Virus record (IMG/VR): IMGVR_UViG_2695421015_000002
Source: a virus
Taxonomy: Duplodnaviria > Caudoviricetes
DNA: 64,000 nucleotides
Direction: 5' to 3' (one strand)
This document shows positions 57,408-64,000 of the stretch, piece after piece (the stretch's first letter is position 1; the number at the start of each line of letters is the position of its first letter). The position numbers and the translations under genes are program-made. Under the pieces are notes generated by a model. The model saw nothing but the letters and a program-made list of their open reading frames with translations. It was not told the origin of the DNA and made no database searches.

Positions 57408-59156
57408 ATGGCTGTCATCAAATACCGGAAGGGTCAGTGGTCGATCATTGGCAAGTCCAAGTATATCCCGCTCGGCCCCGGCGGCCCTGGTCTCTCGGCT
57501 GCCACCGCATCCGTTGACGGCAAGACCTATACCGGCGCAGGCGTGAAGCCTCTGTCGACCGTCACCGTCTACGTTGGTGGCGTGCAGGCCGGCACCGCGG
57601 TCGCCGACGCCAATGGCGACTGGAGCTACACCTTCGCCAACGCACCTGCTAAGAACAGCGTGATCGGATGGGATGGCATCATCTCGGCGCCGACCACCAT
57701 CGCGCCGACTCCGCATCCGACGCTGGGCGGCCTTAACCTTTCCGGTGCGACCTTCACGCAAGGCGCAGCCGCCGGCACCGTGATCGGCACTTTCGCTGGC
57801 AAGACCGCAGGATCCACGCTTTCAATCTCTCCGAACGATGGCACGGTTGCCATCAGCGGTGACCAGACCAAGCTCGTCGTCGGCGCCACCGCCTCGACGC
57901 CCGGCACGCGCTCCTACACCGTCACCGAGACGGACGCCGATGCCACCAATGGTCCTAAGACCACCACGTTTGCGATCACCTGCAACATCGCTCTGCTCAA
58001 CCTGAATACCCGCTTCGTCGCGGAAGGCGACAGCATCACCGCTGGCTCGAACGGTCCGAGCTGGCTCTGGGCCTTCGACGCTGCATCCGCCGGCCGGTTC
58101 TTCATGCCGCAGGGCTACAACCAGGCGACTGGCGGCCAGACGGCTGCCCAGATGGCCACCCAGGTGGCGCAGATCACCGCGCTCAGCCCGAAAGTGGTCT
58201 CGCTGCTCGCCGGCACCAACGACCTCGGCGGAACGAGCGACACGCCTGCCACGATCTACGGCAATCTGAAGACCTGCTGGAAGGCCTACATCGACGGCGG
58301 CGCGCAGCACGTCATCATCGCGACGGTTATGCCGCGCAACGATAGCGTCTGGACGGCGCTGACTGCCGCCCGTCAGACTGATCGCGTCACATTGAACAAC
58401 CTGATCAGCGGATATGCCACCGATCCGGATCTTGCCAACTACAAGGACAAGCTCCACCTCGTGAACCTTGAGAGCTACAACCCGGCGACGGACTCGATCG
58501 AAGGTCTGCATCCTCAGTGGCTCGGCGCTATCAAGGTCGGCAAGCTCTTCGCGGCGGTCGCCAACTCGCTGATCGACCAGACGCACACGCTGAACGGCGA
58601 TCTTTATCTCGATGCAACGAATGTTCTGTCGTCGAAGAACCCGGCTCTGACCGGCACCACGGGGACCATGAGCGGCACGGCGCAACCGACAGGCGCAGTC
58701 GCTACCGGCTGGAGCGTATCGGAAAACGGCGGCATGACCGTCGTCTGTTCGAAGTCGACACTCAACGGCGCAGAAGCTCAGCGTATCGTGGTTTCCGGCA
58801 CCAACTCGACGGTCCAGCGGCTGGTAAACTTCAGCGCTGCGGTCAACGTCACCGGCAACATCGGAGACAGCTTCGAGGCCTGCATCGACTTCAGCCTGGC
58901 TGCTGGACACCAGAAGATCAGGGATATCGTCATCAACCACGCAACTGCTTCCACGCCGAACAGCGGAAACCAGTCGTTCAACTTCGACGGAGCGGGTGCG
59001 ATATCTGGCACGCTGCGATCCGCCGTGACGGCTCCGCTCTCCGCGGCCATCACCACCATCACCCTGCAGGCGCTACTGAACTTCGATGTCGGGACAGTCG
59101 GTGCAGACATCACCTGGGGCAAGCCGTACCTGCGGAAAGTGCCGGCCACCATCTAA
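57408..59156 (+). CDS. Ig/cadherin-like domains + SGNH/GDSL esterase, probable virion-associated protein
   Basis: VADANGDWSYT; GDSIT, GTND, GLHP blocks; beta-rich C-terminus. Confidence 0.8.
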   Translation: MAVIKYRKGQWSIIGKSKYIPLGPGGPGLSAATASVDGKTYTGAGVKPLSTVTVYVGGVQAGTAVADANGDWSYTFANAPAKNSVIGWDGIISAPTTIAPTPHPTLGGLNLSGATFTQGAAAGTVIGTFAGKTAGSTLSISPNDGTVAISGDQTKLVVGATASTPGTRSYTVTETDADATNGPKTTTFAITCNIALLNLNTRFVAEGDSITAGSNGPSWLWAFDAASAGRFFMPQGYNQATGGQTAAQMATQVAQITALSPKVVSLLAGTNDLGGTSDTPATIYGNLKTCWKAYIDGGAQHVIIATVMPRNDSVWTALTAARQTDRVTLNNLISGYATDPDLANYKDKLHLVNLESYNPATDSIEGLHPQWLGAIKVGKLFAAVANSLIDQTHTLNGDLYLDATNVLSSKNPALTGTTGTMSGTAQPTGAVATGWSVSENGGMTVVCSKSTLNGAEAQRIVVSGTNSTVQRLVNFSAAVNVTGNIGDSFEACIDFSLAAGHQKIRDIVINHATASTPNSGNQSFNFDGAGAISGTLRSAVTAPLSAAITTITLQALLNFDVGTVGADITWGKPYLRKVPATI

Positions 59157-59396
59157 GGGCTGTTCGCAGTCCGTTCGATTTCGGAAAGAAGTTGCCCGTT
59201 TTTGGAAAGTTCTTTCCGGACACGGGACGTTCCGAGAACCAAACAAGTCTCCCATCGGGATCGCGAAAGCGACCGCAATATAGAGCCCTGAGCACAGGGC
59301 GATCCGCTTGGCCAGCGGGCGTGGAGACTTCCTTTTTTTTCACTCTGACCGAGTTGCCGCTTCGGGGGCATTAGCCGCGAGGCCTCGGTCGGAGTC
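59157..59396 (+). ncRNA. Candidate structured non-coding RNA
   Basis: Multi-branch stems with GNRA and UUCG tetraloops in an intergenic gap. Confidence 0.45.
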
Positions 59397-59420
59397 TAAA
59401 CCCTGTGAAGAAAGCAAGAA

Positions 59421-59642
59421 ATGTCGAGCATCAGCATTGTCCACCAAAAGCTGGACATTGAAGACGTGCGCCTCATCAACGTGTCGGACATCGTCCAGGA
59501 CACGGACGGCGAATGGATCCGCATCGTCAAGTTCTATGGCGATCCCGTCGTTAACGGCGCTCCAACCGCCTTCGCCGAGATCGCCTGTCGATCGGCGAAC
59601 AAGGACGACCTGACCATCCAGGCTCCTGGCTTCAAGTACTAA
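59421..59642 (+). CDS. Phage hypothetical protein
   Basis: ORF directly upstream of TerL. Confidence 0.65.
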   Translation: MSSISIVHQKLDIEDVRLINVSDIVQDTDGEWIRIVKFYGDPVVNGAPTAFAEIACRSANKDDLTIQAPGFKY

Positions 59643-59657
59643 TCACAAGGATCAGCT

Positions 59658-61121
59658 GTGTCGTTGATCACCGATGTCTCCCCCGAGGAGGCAGCGGCCG
59701 AGATCCTGCGTCGTAGGAGAGGCCGCGAGCGCCTCATCGACTTCACCACTTACACTCTGCCGAAATACTACGCTGACCCGTTTCACTATCAGGTCGCGGG
59801 CGCCCTGGAGCGCGTTGAGCAAGGCCTTTGCAAGCGCCTGATGATCTTCGCGCCTCCGCGGCACGGCAAGTCTGAGCTGTCGACCCGACGCTTCCCGGCC
59901 TACTTCATGGCCAGGAACCCCGAGAAGAACGTCATCTCGGCTTCCTACAACGCTGACTTCGCCACCGGCTTCGGCCGGAACGTCCGCGACATCATCAAGG
60001 GCAGGCAATTCAATACGCTGTTTCCAGAAATCGCCATCCGCAGCGACCAGCGCGCTGCCGACGACTGGCAGCTCGAAGCGGGCGGTCAGTATTACGCGGT
60101 CGGTGTCGGCTCAGGCACCACCGGTAAGGGCGCCCACCTCTTTCTGATCGACGATCCGATCAAGGACCGCAAGGAAGTCAAGTCGCAAGGTTTCCGCGAC
60201 GACCAGTGGGACTGGTACCGCGACGTCGTTTACACCCGTCTCGAAGAGGACGCCGCAATCGTCCTCACGCTGACGCGGTGGCATTACGACGACATCGCCG
60301 GCCGGCTCATCGAGCTGATGAACGACGGCAAGGGCTTGCCCTGGGAGATCCTGTATCTGCCGGCGCTGCCTTACGTGAAGAAGTTCAAGAACGCTGAAGG
60401 CCTCGAAGAACTGATCCTCAACGAGGATGGTACGGTGCCCGGCGATCCGCTGGGCCGCACTCCGAAGGAGCCACTGGCTCCGAACCGCTTCTCCTACGAC
60501 GCTCTGATGGATCGTCTCGACGTTCTCGGCGAGCGATCGTTCTCCGCGCTCTATCAGCAGCAGCCGATGTCGGACGACGGCGGCATGTTCCGCGTCGACT
60601 GGTTTCAACCGCCGACCGAGATATCGCCGAGGCGTGTGCGTGTCCGCGCATGGGATTTGGCGGCGTCTGCTGACGGCGACTACACCGTTGGCGTCCTGAT
60701 GTCGAAGGATGCGAACGGCATCTTCTACATCGAGAACATCATCCGATTCCGCGGCACCCCGCTGCAGGTCGAGAAGAAGATCTTCGAGACAGCAAAGAAC
60801 GATGGCCGCTCGGTCACGATCGTTCTCCCGCAAGACCCCGGCCAGGCTGGCAAGAGCCAGGTCGACAGCTATATCCGCCGGCTCGCCGGCTACATCGTCA
60901 AGGCAAAACGCCCGACAGGATCAAAAGAGGTCCGCGCTGCCGCATTCGCTGCGCAGTGCGAGGCCGGCAACGTGAAGATGGTGCATGGCAGTTGGAATAA
61001 CTGCTTCACCGACGAATTGGAAACCTTCCCCCTTGGCACCTACGACGACCAGGTGGACGCGGCATCCGATGCGTTCAATGAGCTTCTCGGTCCGAAGAAG
61101 GCGCGAGTCCTTGACTGGTAA
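59658..61121 (+). CDS. terL: Terminase large subunit
   Basis: PPRHGKSE Walker A, LIDDP, TRWH, YQQQP, AWDLA, DDQVDA. Confidence 0.95.
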   Translation: MSLITDVSPEEAAAEILRRRRGRERLIDFTTYTLPKYYADPFHYQVAGALERVEQGLCKRLMIFAPPRHGKSELSTRRFPAYFMARNPEKNVISASYNADFATGFGRNVRDIIKGRQFNTLFPEIAIRSDQRAADDWQLEAGGQYYAVGVGSGTTGKGAHLFLIDDPIKDRKEVKSQGFRDDQWDWYRDVVYTRLEEDAAIVLTLTRWHYDDIAGRLIELMNDGKGLPWEILYLPALPYVKKFKNAEGLEELILNEDGTVPGDPLGRTPKEPLAPNRFSYDALMDRLDVLGERSFSALYQQQPMSDDGGMFRVDWFQPPTEISPRRVRVRAWDLAASADGDYTVGVLMSKDANGIFYIENIIRFRGTPLQVEKKIFETAKNDGRSVTIVLPQDPGQAGKSQVDSYIRRLAGYIVKAKRPTGSKEVRAAAFAAQCEAGNVKMVHGSWNNCFTDELETFPLGTYDDQVDAASDAFNELLGPKKARVLDW

Positions 61122-61141
61122 CGTCAGGACATCCATCCAAC

Positions 61142-62800
61142 ATGCCTTATACCGCACAGAATAACGAGGCGGGCTTTCCGGTATTCTCGTCGCAAGCTCC
61201 GCAAAGCGGCAACCCGGGCTTCCTGTCCTCGGCCGCGACGACGATGCAGAGCCGCGTCACGCTCATGCGGGACTGCTATGGCGGCACCGAAACGATGCGG
61301 GCGGCCGGCGCCACCTATCTTCCACAGTACGAGAAGGAGTCGACGACCCGCTACAACGCTCGTCTGGCATCCACCTTCGCGCTGAACAAGCTGCGTGAGG
61401 CGGTGGACGCGGCATCGGCCAAGCCGTTCCGCACGCTGCTCAAGATCCAGAACGGCGACCCCGATCTCGATCAGTGGGTGCAGGACGTCGATCTGCAGGG
61501 AAACCACCTGCACGTTTTCGCCCACCAGCTGTTCAACAACGCCATGCTCGACGGCATGTGCCACATCCTGGTCGACCACCCGGACACCTTCAACTTCAAG
61601 AGCTACGCGGTCCAGAAGGCTGCGAACGTTCGCCCGTTCATGAAGCTGTTCCGCACGGACAGCGTGATCGCTGCCTATGACGAGTATGTCGGCGGCGATA
61701 TCAAGACGCTGCACGTCCGCATCCAGACCCAGCGCTCCAACCGCGATAACTTTCGCGAGTTCCTCTACGACCAGCTCCGCATCATCGAAGTTGAGCCGGG
61801 CTCGGATCAGGGCATCGTTCAGCTCTGGGAGCGCCGCGGCTCGGCAGCGTCGACCGAAGGTGGCGGCGGCTGGATCTTCGTTGGTGAGACCCCGCTGCAG
61901 ATGGACGAGGTTCCGTTCAAAACGCTCTATGCCGGCGACAAGGAAGGCGACTACCTGGTCAAGCCGATCTTCCAGGACCTGGCTTACAAGCAGATCGAGC
62001 ACTGGATCTCCTCATCCGATCAGCGTTCGATCCTGTCGGCGGCGCGCTTTCCGATGCTGGCCTGCTCCGGCGTCCAGATCGACCCGGACGACGAGGCCCA
62101 GTTCGCCATCGGCCCGTACAAGGTGCTCTACGCTCCCGAGGCCAACGGTCGCTGGTATTACGTCGAGCCCAAGGGCACGGCGATCGACTCCGGCCAGAAG
62201 GACCTGGACAAGCTCGAAATGCAGATGGACATGCTGGCGCTGAACCCGGTCACGGGTACGCACCGTCAGTACGTTCCACAGAACGAGCGCGACATCCAGG
62301 AGACCCGAGTCCACTCGGTCGTCCATGACATGTCGATCCGCGCCCAGGATACGATCGAAGCCGCGATCAACCTGATGGGCAAGTGGATCAACCGCGACTA
62401 CAGCCAGGTGCAGTGCATACTCAACACCGAGTTTGCCAACACCTCGGACCGGATCGCCGAGGTCGGCCAGCTCGTCACGATGTACGAGAAGCGCGGCATC
62501 TCGCGTGAGACCCTGTTGCGCGAAGTCTACAAGCGGAACCTGCTTGGCGACGACTTCAACATGCAGAACGAACTGGCAGCTCTGGCCGCGATCGACGCGG
62601 CACTGGGCGGCTCCACGCCGACGACCGGCCAGCCCACCGACCCGCAGGATCCGTCCGCAGTTGCCGGCGGTGGTGGCAACAACGGCAGCGGCGCTGCGCA
62701 GCCGACTGGCGGGAAACCTCCGACTGGCATGAAGGCGGGTGGTGCAAAGCCCGATCCGTCGTGGCCGGCCGGGCAAAATCGCCCCAAGCCTCAGTTCTAG
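61142..62800 (+). CDS. Portal protein (DUF4055-like)
   Basis: GGTETMRAAG.TYLP...YNARL; follows TerL. Confidence 0.85.
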   Translation: MPYTAQNNEAGFPVFSSQAPQSGNPGFLSSAATTMQSRVTLMRDCYGGTETMRAAGATYLPQYEKESTTRYNARLASTFALNKLREAVDAASAKPFRTLLKIQNGDPDLDQWVQDVDLQGNHLHVFAHQLFNNAMLDGMCHILVDHPDTFNFKSYAVQKAANVRPFMKLFRTDSVIAAYDEYVGGDIKTLHVRIQTQRSNRDNFREFLYDQLRIIEVEPGSDQGIVQLWERRGSAASTEGGGGWIFVGETPLQMDEVPFKTLYAGDKEGDYLVKPIFQDLAYKQIEHWISSSDQRSILSAARFPMLACSGVQIDPDDEAQFAIGPYKVLYAPEANGRWYYVEPKGTAIDSGQKDLDKLEMQMDMLALNPVTGTHRQYVPQNERDIQETRVHSVVHDMSIRAQDTIEAAINLMGKWINRDYSQVQCILNTEFANTSDRIAEVGQLVTMYEKRGISRETLLREVYKRNLLGDDFNMQNELAALAAIDAALGGSTPTTGQPTDPQDPSAVAGGGGNNGSGAAQPTGGKPPTGMKAGGAKPDPSWPAGQNRPKPQF

Positions 62801-62839
62801 CTTGCCTTGCATTCGTGCAATCTGGTAGCCGACAGGCAA

Positions 62840-63103
62840 ATGACCGAGACTCTGACATTTCGGGCCGAGCAATACGCATGCGAACCCTGCTCACTGCGGC
62901 AGGGGACGCCCGTGCGCGAGCTTGTCCGCATGATCCCGGTGTCGGTCGTTGCTTTCGGCAAACTGGTGGGCACGGAATATTACTGCTGCCCGATCTGCTT
63001 CGAGCCGAAGTTCGATGTGAAGACCAAGAAGCCGGTCAAGGACCGGGCAGGGGCTGAAAAACATGGGGATTCCAAACAAGGACCAAGGCTCGTCAAAGAC
63101 TGA
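62840..63103 (+). CDS. Small Zn-finger-like protein
   Basis: CEPC...CPIC. Confidence 0.55.
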   Translation: MTETLTFRAEQYACEPCSLRQGTPVRELVRMIPVSVVAFGKLVGTEYYCCPICFEPKFDVKTKKPVKDRAGAEKHGDSKQGPRLVKD

Positions 63104-63272
63104 GTCGACTCAGGGCGAGCTGATTGCCGCCCAGCTTTTGGAGCAAGAGCGGAAGGCTAACGCTTTCCGGGCTGCCGGCCTCCTGTTGATGTTGGGGATT
63201 AGCGCCCCAATGTGGGTTCCAGGGGTGTTCATCCTCTGGCTGATCCTCAAGATATTCGTCTTCTCGCCGTGA
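63063..63272 (+). CDS. Small membrane protein
   Basis: C-terminal hydrophobic helix. Confidence 0.45.
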   Translation: MGIPNKDQGSSKTESTQGELIAAQLLEQERKANAFRAAGLLLMLGISAPMWVPGVFILWLILKIFVFSP

Positions 63273-63306
63273 TTTGCATTTCATTTGCAGGAGCCGGAAG
63301 CCCCTC

Positions 63307-63351
63307 TTGACAAAAACCCGGGTTTGTGGTTGAAGTTTGCTTGAATGCAAA
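63307..63351 (+). promoter_or_regulatory. Promoter with downstream 16-bp operator
   Basis: TTGACA at 63307; TTTGCTTGAATGCAAA at 63336-63351, just before a GGAG RBS. Confidence 0.6.
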
Positions 63352-63361
63352 TGGAGTATCC

Positions 63362-63649
63362 GTGAAGCTCTTCCAGCGCAAGATCTTGGTGCAGGCCTTC
63401 CAGCTCCCCCTTTGGGGCCAATCCGCTGACGAGATCCCGCCTCAATGGCTCGTCCGTCGCCTCCAGTCAGGCGACCTGGAGGTCAACAGGCTTGGCGGCC
63501 TGACAATGGCCACGCCCTTTGGCGTTCAGTCATGTGCCGCTGGCGACATCGTGCTTCTGACCGATGATGACACGATCCAATTTGCCAAGCCCGAGGACCT
63601 CGCCAAGTTCGAGGTCGTGACGGGCGACCAGCTGCTCAAGGCAGCTTAA
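63362..63649 (+). CDS. Phage protein, PGDYG-like
   Basis: VQAFQ...TPFG...AGDIV...KPE pattern; GTG 63362 with GGAG RBS. Confidence 0.65.
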   Translation: MKLFQRKILVQAFQLPLWGQSADEIPPQWLVRRLQSGDLEVNRLGGLTMATPFGVQSCAAGDIVLLTDDDTIQFAKPEDLAKFEVVTGDQLLKAA

Positions 63650-64000
63650 GCACTCCTCTCATCAGAGAGCCTCTCCAAGCCGCTCAGGACCGTCCTGGGC
63701 GGCTTTTCCTTTTCGTTCACTCGACACTGCCCGCTCAGTCCCGATGGCTGGGCGGGCTCTTTTTCGGCCTGCGCCGGCCGGCAAATCGAGTTTCAACAGC
63801 TGCGCCTGAAAAACGGTCGAACTGTTGAAACCTTGGCGACAGCTTTCGGACTCGCGCTCCCTTGAATGGTCGAGCGCGATGTCAGCGGTCTCAGCTCGCA
63901 TCCCGCACAAGACGAGCAGAGATACCCAAGAGCGTGTCGCACGCCCGCGCCGCCGCTGACCACTGATTCGCCAGCACTGATCCATCGAGCGCCGGGACGG

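Larger units (their letters stand above)
1..64000. mobile_element. Prophage (large temperate tailed phage), integrase end to portal region; continues beyond the window
   Basis: Integrase/xis, phage recombination and replication genes, CI-like repressor, TerS, TerL and portal in typical modular order. Confidence 0.95.

Overview
The whole window is the left part of a large temperate phage (prophage) of a high-GC alphaproteobacterium; the cargo genes look Bradyrhizobium-like (inference). It runs from the integrase (stop codon at base 1) through leftward recombination and replication genes (MazG-like, Rad52-like annealase, YqaJ, DnaQ, SSB, split primase-helicase, O-like initiator with internal iterons), RuvC, a CI-like repressor, an SF1 helicase, rIIA/rIIB-like genes and many early hypotheticals. 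It then switches to rightward genes: holin-like genes, a GH10 glycanase, two degenerate tRNAs, thioredoxin, TerS, a ParA-like ATPase, an SGNH protein, TerL and portal. Four cargo blocks interrupt the backbone, each bordered by palindromic GTCYGC...GCRGAC repeats. The most notable unannotated signals are: a second stand-alone copy of the phage replication origin at 49.3 kb in opposite orientation; a 16-bp operator-like palindrome in about 15 copies across the backbone; a tandem pair of tiny Cys-Cys peptides with many synonymous differences; a double-glycine peptide plus enzyme operon; a transposase-free cassette bounded by inverted repeats; and structured non-coding RNA candidates near the packaging genes. 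All calls are by eye; no database searches were run.
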